Shown: positions 1-10,540 of the stretch, piece by piece
Layout of the letters: each line of letters opens with the position of its first letter
How positions within the stretch are numbered: position 1 is the stretch's first letter
Virus record (IMG/VR): IMGVR_UViG_3300032223_001943
Span: 59,202 to 123,201 of that record
DNA: 64,000 nt
Source: a virus
Reading direction: 5' to 3' (one strand)
Notes under the pieces: generated by a model
The model's database searches: none
Told to the model about the DNA's origin: nothing
The model's input: the letters and a program-made list of their open reading frames with translations, nothing else
Made by a program: the position numbers and the translations under genes

Positions 1-159
1 GTTAATCTGGCAATTGATGAAGATAACCACTTAATCATCATTAATAACAAAACTGGTAACTATACCATGTATCAAGATTCTATTGGTAAAACAATATTCA
101 AGTTGTACGCTAAAAATGTGTGGGGTCAAAATTCCACATTAATGGTTAAATAATATATT

Positions 160-708
160 ATGAAGTTACGTGAAATAGTTTTATTGATCCTTATAACATT
201 TTCTTCAATAATTTATATTTCATATGATAATATTGAATCAAAAAAACACTATAATTATATTGATATTGAGTTGGGGGATAAGAAGTTGAATATCCCCCAA
301 CCCATTTCAATGAAGATGTATGATGAAATATTAAGATATTCAAAAAGGTATAAAGTACCGAAACATATTGCGTTTAACATTGCGTATATGGAAACAAAAT
401 ACCGGGGACCATTTCATTTTGATTATGAACATAATTTATCATCTGGGGCTGGTGCTGTAGGTCCAATGCAAATTAAACCTAGTACTGCCAATTATGTTCA
501 TGATAAACAAATATCTTCACACCATTTACGAAATAATGTACGGTTGAATATTCAGACTAGTATGAAGTTATTACGTTTGTTATACGATAGATATCGTGAT
601 TGGAAGGTCGCTTGTGGGTGTTATAATACAGGTAGACCAATGATTAATGGTTACGCGTTATTTTGTGTGAATAATAAGGATTATAGAAGATTTTGGCATA
701 CGGTTTAA
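160..708 (+). CDS. SLT-family lytic transglycosylase with N-terminal membrane anchor
   Basis: IAYMET (catalytic Glu), GAVGPMQI and YNTG motifs of SLT domains; hydrophobic N-terminus. Confidence 0.85.
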   Translation: MKLREIVLLILITFSSIIYISYDNIESKKHYNYIDIELGDKKLNIPQPISMKMYDEILRYSKRYKVPKHIAFNIAYMETKYRGPFHFDYEHNLSSGAGAVGPMQIKPSTANYVHDKQISSHHLRNNVRLNIQTSMKLLRLLYDRYRDWKVACGCYNTGRPMINGYALFCVNNKDYRRFWHTV

Positions 709-961
709 CCTAATTTTAGAGGGTTAGATTTAGTTAATTCTATAAAATTATTATGTGCTCGTTCCAACATTTCCTTATGTTGAGTTGAACTTGGTATATA
801 ATAATCACCAATATTATCTTCATTCATTTCAATTTCAACCCCGTTTTTTCTAAAAACCCATACATTTATTCCAACATCATTAACCCCTTGAGTTATCAAT
901 TCATAACCCAATTCTTTTTGTAAAAGAATGGCTAATAACTCGGATTTATTCATTTGGGGGG

Positions 962-1381
962 TTATATTAATTTTTTCAATAAATTGATGACGATTTGTTC
1001 ATACATCATTTCCTCCATTTCTGGAAAATGTTTTTCAAACTTCTTAATCACTTTACCAGCTTCGGCGTTTGCCTCATCTTCATTTTGTCCACCGATATCT
1101 GGACCATGTTCACGATTAAGAATGGTCATTTGGTATTCATGAACCCATTCATGTGCTAGGGTGCGACAAATATCACGATTCATTCGGTTTTTAGTTAATA
1201 CTTTAATTTCATTGTCATTACGACTACCAGTTGTCATTGAACCAGTACGATCACCCAAAAAACTAACAATAACGTCACCCTTCAATGGGTATTCTTTTTG
1301 TAGGTATTTAACAAATTCATTATAGAAATCATAATGTTTTTTATCAATACCAGAATTTTTATGTTTAACTATTACCTTCAT
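962..1381 (-). CDS. Putative zincin-like metallopeptidase
   Basis: TLAHEWVHE (HExxH) followed by EDEANA. Confidence 0.6.
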   Translation of the reverse strand: MKVIVKHKNSGIDKKHYDFYNEFVKYLQKEYPLKGDVIVSFLGDRTGSMTTGSRNDNEIKVLTKNRMNRDICRTLAHEWVHEYQMTILNREHGPDIGGQNEDEANAEAGKVIKKFEKHFPEMEEMMYEQIVINLLKKLI

Positions 1382-1419
1382 TTATTATAAATATTAATAT
1401 TTATAAAAAAACATTTATC

Positions 1420-2118
1420 ATGACGCGAAGAATTATTATTAGTGAAGATGAAAAACAAACAATTAAGAATTTATACCATATAAATGAACAAGATGATCTT
1501 TATAATACTTTTGTTCAAGGTATTAGTCAAAGTTGGAATGAACTAATGGCGAATAAGGGTAAAGGTATTAATAGTTCATCACCTTCATCAACAAGTAATA
1601 AACCAATATCTGAAAAAGGACAAGAATTGTTGAATAATCCAATATTCAAGGAGAAATTGAAGGAAATTTCACAAGCAATTAATATTGATGAACAATATAT
1701 CATTAAATTGATGAATCATGAATCTGGATTAAACCCAACGATAACAAATTCTATTGGGTGTGTTGGATTAATACAGTTTTGTCCTGACTCCGGAAATTCA
1801 AAAACAATAAATGGTGTTAAATATGATTTGGGTCAACTTAAAAATGATTTAACACTACAGATGGATGCGATTAAAGAATTTTGGTTATCTGGATATAAAA
1901 GTGGTAAAATAAAAACACCTGAAGATTTATATACTTATAACTTGTTTCCAGTGGCTGCCGGTAAACCAGATGATTTTGTATTACAGACAAATAGTACTTC
2001 CGCTCAAACAATTGCTAAAGCAAATCCGATATTCAATAAAAAGTTGGGTAGATCGATTGATACACCATTAACGGTGGGTGATCTTAATAGATATTATAAA
2101 CAAGAAGGAATGGTATAA
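1420..2118 (+). CDS. Lysozyme-like/lytic transglycosylase with N-terminal leader, possibly virion-associated
   Basis: LMNHESGLNP and GCVGLIQF motifs; leader MTRRIIISEDEKQTIKNLYHINEQ. Confidence 0.7.
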   Translation: MTRRIIISEDEKQTIKNLYHINEQDDLYNTFVQGISQSWNELMANKGKGINSSSPSSTSNKPISEKGQELLNNPIFKEKLKEISQAINIDEQYIIKLMNHESGLNPTITNSIGCVGLIQFCPDSGNSKTINGVKYDLGQLKNDLTLQMDAIKEFWLSGYKSGKIKTPEDLYTYNLFPVAAGKPDDFVLQTNSTSAQTIAKANPIFNKKLGRSIDTPLTVGDLNRYYKQEGMV

Positions 2119-3245
2119 TGAAAAAGGAAATTAAAGAAGTTGTAGGGGTACCTGCCGGGATATTAAAAAGTGCTGAAAATTTGTTTGATAACATTGTTAC
2201 CGTATTGGAAGATACTAATGATGAAGATTTTGAATTTAAAGGTACGTTTACGGATAATTTATCATTACCAATAACTGTTATAATTAACGACTTAACTATT
2301 ACATCCGTTAATGTTGCGGTAACATTTAATGTTGGTGACTATTCAAAACTTGAAATCGCTGGCGCGGGTTATTCTTCAGAATTGGGTTTAGATTATAAAA
2401 CACTTAAATTAGTTACGATTTTTGACCCATCTGAAATTGGATTGACAATGAACTTCTTGATTCCAAATACTGGTGAATATATTTTCAATGATATTATTAC
2501 ATATATGTTGAAAAATCGTACATTGATCACATCAACATTAGCACATGAATTAAAACACGCTTACGATAATTATAAACGACCTAATCGTAAAGTTACCGAC
2601 CAGGTGGATTATAATACAAACATTAGCTCCAAGGGTTTAGCTATTCCTGCTTTTAGAAGGTTTAATCGTATGTTATATTTGGCAACATTCATTGAACAAT
2701 TGGTTAAACCGACAGAATTAGCCTCAAGGTTAAAAGCTGAAAATGTTTCACAAAAAGAATTTTTGGAGTTTTTACTAAATGATCGAACATATAAAGAATT
2801 TATTCAATTAAAAAAATATTCAATCAATAGTTTAGTTTCCGAATTAATGGCTCATGAAGATGAATTAAAGTCACTTGACAGATTTAAGGGAAAAGTGACC
2901 GAGGAAATTATCAATGACCTAATAAATTTGGCTTACACCCAATTTACGAATGATAAAATTGAAACTTTAGAAAAATACATTCTTAGGGATAATGATTATT
3001 TATTAAAATCATTGGGTATGACATCCGTTAACATGGATTATTTCCTCAAACAAGTGGATAAATATCAAAAATATTCCAAAAACCCAAAAGATTTCTTTAA
3101 TAATGAAATTAAATTTCTTAATTTTGTGGGGGATAAGATGATAAAGAAGTTGGGAAAACTTTATTCAATTGCCAATGAAGATAAAACACAACAAGCAAAT
3201 ATCATCAAGAAAATTTATAATAAAGTGAACCATGAACAAGGATAA
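2118..3245 (+). CDS. Hypothetical protein with HExxH zincin-like motif
   Basis: TLAHELKHAY motif; 375-aa ORF. Confidence 0.5.
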   Translation: MKKEIKEVVGVPAGILKSAENLFDNIVTVLEDTNDEDFEFKGTFTDNLSLPITVIINDLTITSVNVAVTFNVGDYSKLEIAGAGYSSELGLDYKTLKLVTIFDPSEIGLTMNFLIPNTGEYIFNDIITYMLKNRTLITSTLAHELKHAYDNYKRPNRKVTDQVDYNTNISSKGLAIPAFRRFNRMLYLATFIEQLVKPTELASRLKAENVSQKEFLEFLLNDRTYKEFIQLKKYSINSLVSELMAHEDELKSLDRFKGKVTEEIINDLINLAYTQFTNDKIETLEKYILRDNDYLLKSLGMTSVNMDYFLKQVDKYQKYSKNPKDFFNNEIKFLNFVGDKMIKKLGKLYSIANEDKTQQANIIKKIYNKVNHEQG

Positions 3246-3415
3246 TAAAGAATTTTGGATTAGGGATTATTTCGGACCATATCCGATAGATTGGGATTTA
3301 TACGATATCGCAATGGGTCGAAAACCAGGTGAAAAAACAATAGATATCATTAGTTATATGGAATCTGAAGAATATAAAAACTTTTTTAAGGATAAGAAAA
3401 TCCCTAAAAAATAAT

Positions 3416-4090
3416 TTAATTTTCCAAGTCGTGGGATATCCCCAAATTTATGGAATGGATTAGTTTAACATTGGAAAAACTATTATAATTAAAAATATCA
3501 ATAATTGAAACCCCAAATCCATTTATCTTATAAGTCAATTTAATAGTACCATATATTAAATAATCTTTATAATTCACAAAATTCGGTTGGTAATAATATT
3601 CAATATTCCAGTTATAATTTATTGTTTTTTTAATGATCTTTATTCTAAAAGAATTCCGCAATCGATTAATATCTTTATTTGTGGTATACTGCCACAATAT
3701 CGCATAAGAATAGTTTATCTTAACATTGGAAATAGAATCCCTTATACCATAACCAAATCCAGTTAAATGATCCAAATTTAGATTTCTGGTTAACGAATAA
3801 TTTGTTTGATAATTCAAAAAACCACTATGTTTATTTTTAGAAATACCAATTGATAGTTTATTGGATACTTCATTTTGAATTATCTTATCCGTAAATGAAA
3901 TATTCTGGTTCAAAATATTATTTACCGAAAACCATTTTTTCTGAAAACTCGTTGAATTGTTTAAGTTACCTGAATAAGTACTTGACTTATTATCATTATA
4001 ATTAAACCCAAGCGAAAAATCATTTTTAAGGTTTTGTGATAATGTTGGTACATTAAAAAATAAAAATAATAGGATCAATATTTTTTTCAT
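3416..4090 (-). CDS. Secreted/outer-membrane beta-barrel-like protein (DUF481-like)
   Basis: Signal peptide, alternating amphipathic beta-strands, RLRNSFRIKI and YYYQPN segments. Confidence 0.45.
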   Translation of the reverse strand: MKKILILLFLFFNVPTLSQNLKNDFSLGFNYNDNKSSTYSGNLNNSTSFQKKWFSVNNILNQNISFTDKIIQNEVSNKLSIGISKNKHSGFLNYQTNYSLTRNLNLDHLTGFGYGIRDSISNVKINYSYAILWQYTTNKDINRLRNSFRIKIIKKTINYNWNIEYYYQPNFVNYKDYLIYGTIKLTYKINGFGVSIIDIFNYNSFSNVKLIHSINLGISHDLEN

Positions 4091-4743
4091 TTTATTGTGA
4101 TTTTCAACGAATTTTTATTTATCGATATAACCTTGAATAAAGTTACCATATCAATAACTTTAACTTCCCCCGTAACATTATCACCAATCCAACAGATATA
4201 ATCATTTTTACCAAAAACCAATATCTTATAATATAAAATCGGAATTTTAACCCTGGAATTATTAAGATATGTTTTTTTTATATTATCATATATTACACCA
4301 GTAACAACAATTGCGTTCTTATTTCTTTTTTTAATTGAATCTTCCACCGATTTTTCCAATCGCATCCATCCCCCTCGATTAAACTTCCCTAGTTGGGGGG
4401 ATTGATTAAATAAACTAAAAGAATGATAATTTAATGTGTCATCATACGATGTTATATTGGAGGGGGTTAAATGTCCCAAATCATATCCGGTACCTTCATA
4501 ATATTTTAACTTATATGGTCCAGTCGGTTTTTCCTTATGCCACTTATCACTACGAATACCATCCAATTTTTTAATGTTTTTAATCAATACCTTATGTACC
4601 GATACATAACTGTTTGTGTCTTCATCCAAATATAAAGTTATATCACCATGTTTAATGGTGAATTTGGTTGATTCGATTTTAACTTTTTGGGTGAATGAAA
4701 AAAATGTAAATAATATGAAAATGGTAGTTATTAAAGATTTCAT
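4087..4743 (-). CDS. DNA/RNA non-specific endonuclease (NucA/EndA type), secreted
   Basis: GYDLGHLTP (DRGH-like), NQSPQLGKFNRGGWMRLE, VTG and KIPILYYK motifs; signal peptide. Confidence 0.85.
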   Translation of the reverse strand: MKSLITTIFILFTFFSFTQKVKIESTKFTIKHGDITLYLDEDTNSYVSVHKVLIKNIKKLDGIRSDKWHKEKPTGPYKLKYYEGTGYDLGHLTPSNITSYDDTLNYHSFSLFNQSPQLGKFNRGGWMRLEKSVEDSIKKRNKNAIVVTGVIYDNIKKTYLNNSRVKIPILYYKILVFGKNDYICWIGDNVTGEVKVIDMVTLFKVISINKNSLKITIK

Positions 4744-5288
4744 TATTTTTCTGAATATAGAATAAATATATAATCAAACCCAAATCTTCGTTTAATGGTA
4801 ATATACATGACCTCCGTGTTTTTAAGGGGGGTTTTTATTTGGTAATAATTTGTATATACTTCAGTAACCCTTGAAGATTGGAATAATTTTAGTAAGTCAT
4901 CATCGTTAATTAAAACATCGATTAATGAATTTTTACATAAACCACAATCACCTCGTACTTTATATAGAACTACATTAATTGAAGACTCTAGGGCTAATTT
5001 AATTGCTAAGTTTTCCGCGTTTTTACTTAACTGGTTTTCATTTACGTATTTTTTGGTACCATATCTTTTTGTTAATGAATCCGATATAACCATGGATAAT
5101 GAATCGTCCGTTGCGACTTCAATATAGGGTGATTCTTCCATTAGATATTGTCCATATTCACTAAAACCGTCATGTTCAATAACATATTTTCGATCGACAT
5201 ATTGATATAGTTTTTGATTAATTAACTTATAATCTTGTGACAACACATTCAATGATATCGTAACAAATAAAATAAATATTTTTTTCAT
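4743..5288 (-). CDS. Hypothetical secreted protein
   Basis: Signal peptide; weak similarity to 48818-49147 (VxTDDSxS segment). Confidence 0.5.
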   Translation of the reverse strand: MKKIFILFVTISLNVLSQDYKLINQKLYQYVDRKYVIEHDGFSEYGQYLMEESPYIEVATDDSLSMVISDSLTKRYGTKKYVNENQLSKNAENLAIKLALESSINVVLYKVRGDCGLCKNSLIDVLINDDDLLKLFQSSRVTEVYTNYYQIKTPLKNTEVMYITIKRRFGFDYIFILYSEK

Positions 5289-5359
5289 AATTCAGTTTTT
5301 TTGAAATGATAACAATAACATTTACCAATAACAAGATATTTATATATAAAAAATATTTT

Positions 5360-6100
5360 ATGACTTATTTTAACAATTTAGGACAAGGAAGAATTGGGTG
5401 GAGATCTCCAAGTGGTGGTGGTAATTCAATTATTACCAACGGACTTATACTTAACCTAGACGCAAGTAATGCGTCATCGTATCCTGGAACGGGTACAATA
5501 TGGACCGATTTATCTGGGAATAATAAAAATGGTACTTTGGTCACAGGAACCGGTAATCCTGGGCCAACATGGTCATCAACAAATGGTGGTATTTTTTCAT
5601 TTGATGGTATAAATGACTATTTACAAGTATATGATGTGATTACAAATGGAGGAGTTAATTTAATATCAGAATACACTATAAATGTATGGTTTAAAGAAAC
5701 TATAACTAGTAGTCGAGGACTTATAGAAACAAATGATCTAAACACCACACGTAATGGAACCCCTAATTTATATGTGGGATTATTTAATGGTAATCTAAAT
5801 ACATACAATATTTCAAATGGATATAGTTCAAATATACCTTATTCTAGGAATGATTGGAATTATTTAACAATAACTAGGAAAACTGGAACAAGCACACCTG
5901 AAAATGTCTATATAAATGGTAGTTTATCCTTAACGCGTAATATAACTACCGCTAATTCAAATCGTTATTTGAATTTCGGAGTTGGATATGCCGGTTTCTT
6001 TAACGGCTACATAGGTTCTATATCCGCGTATAATAAAGCATTGACAGGTTCAGATGCACTTCAAAACTACAACGCAACAAAAACAAGATTCGGTCTATAA
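5360..6100 (+). CDS. LamG/concanavalin A-like domain protein (tail/virion appendage type)
   Basis: GLILNLDASNASSYPGTGTIWTDLSGN ... FSFDGINDY ... YNKALT...QNYNATKTRFGL; start moved to ATG 5360. Confidence 0.8.
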   Translation: MTYFNNLGQGRIGWRSPSGGGNSIITNGLILNLDASNASSYPGTGTIWTDLSGNNKNGTLVTGTGNPGPTWSSTNGGIFSFDGINDYLQVYDVITNGGVNLISEYTINVWFKETITSSRGLIETNDLNTTRNGTPNLYVGLFNGNLNTYNISNGYSSNIPYSRNDWNYLTITRKTGTSTPENVYINGSLSLTRNITTANSNRYLNFGVGYAGFFNGYIGSISAYNKALTGSDALQNYNATKTRFGL

Positions 6101-7352
6101 CCCACTAAACTATACACACTATGGAATATAATACTAATACATACATCACAATAGCACACACAACATGTGAAGCATTGGGTCTTGATGGTAACTACCGCAT
6201 GAATAACGAACAAACAATTTGTATATTGGAGTTTGGTGAAGGTGAAACAATACCACAAGACATACAAGACAACTTAATCGACACTTACACACACCAAGAA
6301 GCGCTTGAATTAGTTGATGGTACAGAGTGGGTTACTGAATTGCCACTATAAAAATTAAAAAAAAACAATAAAAACCCCATTCTTAATAAGTTTGGGGTTT
6401 TTTCATATAAAGAATTTAGGATCACGTAGTGGGTGGATATATTTCCCATTCAAGCTATATCTAAAACATAATATATCGGTCATAGCACAACTAATTGTTT
6501 GGAAATGTTCATATAGGTCAAGATAATTAACATCATTCTCGGTTTGGATGTCAATTAAATATTGTGGAATATCCTTACAATCGAATTTTCCCTCGGAATT
6601 AATATTAAAACTCGATAAAAGACCATTAAATTCGATTATAATCCGAACATTATACTGTTGTTCCAGACCCAATTTAATCTTGTTTAAGAATTTATGATAT
6701 GTTTTAACATTATCCATACCTTAATATTAAAATATTTTTTATAAAAAACCAAAATTGTTTTTAGATAATTTTTTTTTATATTTAGATCATGAACTTATCC
6801 GAAGAAATATCATTATTATTCAAAATTCTAAATAAGAATTTCTGTTTAACCAAATTTCCGGTTGAAGTTGAGAATATTAGTTTTTTAGTTTGTGATAATA
6901 ATCATTACGATGAATCATCCAATTCAATCACCAGGTTGTTAAGAAATTCTTTACCAAAAAATATTAAACCTAGATTGTTTGTTGAGTTTAAATTAAAAGG
7001 GTCAAACATAATGATTCCTGGTTTTTTAACCCCCCTATTTTACGAAACGTTAATAGAATTGATTAAATGTTTAGGATTTTTTGAACTATTGAAGTCGATT
7101 GATCTTAATATTGAATTAAAATAGAATACCAGTATATTTATAAATATAGAAAATTGAATATGGACAACAACTCAAAGGCTCGCATATATGGTGAGTTATT
7201 AAATGAACACACGCGGATTGGGAATATGATTTCCGAAATCAATGCTCAAGATTTTGAGTTAAACCAAGATCAAAAACAACAGATTAGAATTCTACAAAAT
7301 AGACAAATTGAATTGATGAAGTCAATTAATAAATTATTTAGTATGTAATATA

Positions 7353-7892
7353 ATGAAGGTTGTCATTTTAGAAAATCAAAAAAAAGACGCGATATTTAGA
7401 TATTTCGATATGATTAAGAAGTCTGGTGAATTCCCTACAATTAAACCATTTTTGGATATGTTTGGTGTTAATCGATGGGACTATGATGAATATTTCCAAA
7501 TGATGGTTGATTATCATGGTGGTTTTGAAAATGCGGTTGAATTATCCAAAAAAATTGCGCTGGATCTAAAAGACGTTCCTTTTGAAAGTAGTATTGGTGA
7601 TGGGAATTTATTTTTCACTGTCACTAGAACTAGTTTAGCCCACCGTGAATTGGCAATTGAAGTTGATTGTTATGGTGAGTTATTTAATATGGAAATTTAT
7701 AATGAAGAAGAAGACCAGAATGAAGTCGTTGAACGAATAAGTTTAAGTGATTATTATGATTTATGGTCAGATATTTCCGAGGATCAAGAAGTTCGTGATA
7801 TAATTAGTTCGGACATTACCGATGTTTTAGTTAAAGAAATAACTTATAAAACAGGTGTTGAGTGTTATATTGATTATATCCACTTCACTTAA
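7353..7892 (+). CDS. Hypothetical protein with MKVVILENQ leader
   Basis: ORF track; N-terminus matches the leader family. Confidence 0.55.
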   Translation: MKVVILENQKKDAIFRYFDMIKKSGEFPTIKPFLDMFGVNRWDYDEYFQMMVDYHGGFENAVELSKKIALDLKDVPFESSIGDGNLFFTVTRTSLAHRELAIEVDCYGELFNMEIYNEEEDQNEVVERISLSDYYDLWSDISEDQEVRDIISSDITDVLVKEITYKTGVECYIDYIHFT

Positions 7893-8254
7893 AAATAATA
7901 ATTGAATATTTCACAATCTTTATTTAATTCATTTAATAAAGGAAAACCAATATCGCCAATGGAATTATCGTTGATATGTGAAATATGTAGTTCAGTGAAT
8001 AATTTACAGTATTTTTCGTAGGTCTTCTTCCCTCCAATGCACCAATTAACATCCAATATAAATTCTTCTCGTTTATCAATAACTAATTTTCGGTTTTTTA
8101 ACACCGGTAAACCTTGAAAGCTGTTGTATCCAACCAATAAAGTTTGATTCAATGTTAGTTCCTTGAAGTGATTTAGATCTTCTTTATTATTCCAGAGTAG
8201 TTTATCACCCAAACCAATGAACCCCAAATTATTTACGGCGATTATTCCACGCAT
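7889..8254 (-). CDS. folA: Dihydrofolate reductase (short)
   Basis: IAVNNLGFIG..LLWNNKEDLNHFKELT, VGYNSF..LKNR, IGGKKTYE, GDIGFP. Confidence 0.8.
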   Translation of the reverse strand: MRGIIAVNNLGFIGLGDKLLWNNKEDLNHFKELTLNQTLLVGYNSFQGLPVLKNRKLVIDKREEFILDVNWCIGGKKTYEKYCKLFTELHISHINDNSIGDIGFPLLNELNKDCEIFNYYF

Positions 8255-9358
8255 ATTGATTTTATTAAAAAGATAACCTAAACTATTTATAAATATATAT
8301 CAAACATGGAAGATAATTCAAAAGAAATCGAGGAAATACAAAACTTATTGAAGTTTTACGAAAAATTGGGTGAGTCCAATAAGTTTATTGTTGCTTATAT
8401 TAATGAACTCAATAAACGACTTGAAATTTTGACTAATCCAGAAGAAAATATCGAAGAAACTAATCAATAAAAAAAGTTTTTTTCTATATTTGTAGAATGA
8501 AAACAAATTATTCTATTATTAAAAACGAAATTAAGGGTCAAAATACGACCTTTTCACGATATTTTATCACCAGGAACTACCGGTTTTTAGGTTTAATAAA
8601 ATTTACCCGATATATAAAAACAACCTACCGAATTGATAATTTTCAGTTCAAGGAATATGTTATGTTCCAATCCAAAGAACAAGCTGAAAAATTTATTCAA
8701 AAAATCAATCAAAATCCAAATTAATTTAGTTATATTTACCTTATAAAACGATTAGTCATGAACTTCAGAACACACAATGATGAATTCATTAATGTAAGTG
8801 GAACATCATATAAAGGAGAAATAAAAACAACTTATAAGAAGTTGGTTAATGTATTTGGTGAACCTGGTAAAAATAGTGGTGACGGTAAAACAGATGTTAA
8901 CTGGAAGATTGAATTCGATAATGGTGATGTAGCCAATATCTATAACTATAAAAATGGTTTGAAATATGGTAACCCAAATATTGAATCAATAACCGAGTGG
9001 AATATTGGTGGATATAAATCATCCGTTGTTAAATTAATTGAAGAATTGTTATGAAAAACTTGATTTTGATCTTACTGTTATTTTCATGTACCCCCCACTT
9101 GGCGGATAAAAGAAAATTATGTATCGTTACAGAAGTTACGGAAGTTAACGAACCGACAATAACTGAATTTAATACCAAATATACGGTAACCACGGATTGT
9201 GGCGTTAGAATAACAACCAAAAAAAAATTTAATGTTTGTGATACGTTAATTATGATCACTAGATGAAAAAGTTAATATTAAAAATTGCATTATGGTTATC
9301 ATATAAGTTGTCCAAGAAAAAAAGAAAAAGTATCTGGGAATTATAATAAATATATATT

Positions 9359-9760
9359 ATGTTAAAAGAAAAGATAAACGCCGATTTTATAACGGCAATG
9401 AAAAACAAGGAACAAGTTAAAAAGAATCTATTATCCGTGATCCGTGGCGAAATTCAGACAATGGAAAAAAATAATGGTATTGATACTCTATCGGATGATG
9501 ATATAACGAACATCTTAAATAAGATTGCCAAATCACTACGTGAATCTATTAAAACTTCCCCAACGGATGAATTAAATGAAGAATTAACAATTGTTGAATC
9601 TTATTTACCGAAACAAATGACTCAAGAAGAAATCACAATTATTGTTAGACAGTTAATTGAAGAAAAAGACTTAAATATCGCCGAAGTTATGCGTCATTTT
9701 GGAAACCTACCGGCGGATCGTAAAGAAGTGTCTTCAATTTATCATTCATTAAAAAAATAA
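9359..9760 (+). CDS. GatB/YqeY domain protein
   Basis: LKEKINADFITAMKNK ... EELTIVESYLPKQMTQEEI signature. Confidence 0.85.
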   Translation: MLKEKINADFITAMKNKEQVKKNLLSVIRGEIQTMEKNNGIDTLSDDDITNILNKIAKSLRESIKTSPTDELNEELTIVESYLPKQMTQEEITIIVRQLIEEKDLNIAEVMRHFGNLPADRKEVSSIYHSLKK

Positions 9761-10540
9761 AACAATGAAAAAAACTAGTGAAGAAATTAAAAAGGAAGAA
9801 TTGGATCGAACAAAAGATTTTACCAAAAGACAAATGAATATATATGTTCGAACCATAAAACTAATTAGATTTTTTTTCTTGGAAAAAGTTTTGTGGTTTA
9901 TTTCAATAATCCCCTTCGTTATCATTCCTTCACTTGCGGTTTATTTTGGTTTTTTTGATTTTGATATTACAACAATTTTAATTATACTAACAACACATTT
10001 ATTATATTGGAAGTTTTACGGTAAAAAAGAAACGGATATATTAATTAATGAAACAACCCCAGAATTGGATCAATTAATCCTAATACTAGAAGAAATTAGA
10101 AATGAACGATTTTACTAAATTAAACGAATTGGCCGAAAAATTGAAGGATTTCTATAAAACCCCTGAAGGTGAACTATATATCCTAAAAGTTCGAAAAAAG
10201 TTTGAAATCTACAATGATCGAAAAAAAAGATTATGGGTATATCTAGAATCATTATCCGATGAAACGTTTGAAGAATTAATTCAAAAATTCATAAAATGGG
10301 AAAATGATTTTGAAGAACAAGAAAATGAAAAACATAGGATAAAATCATCCAACTTATTTAATATCATTGTTGATACCATATTCTTATATTCACCCCCATG
10401 TGAAGATGACACCATGTTTTTTGGTGGAGGTTCAACATATAGAGGATATCAATTAAAAGTGTTTGTTGGTCAAGGTTCGTTTTACACCATCGAAAAAAAT
10501 GATGAACGAATATTTGTTTCGACTTAAAAAAAATATTAAT

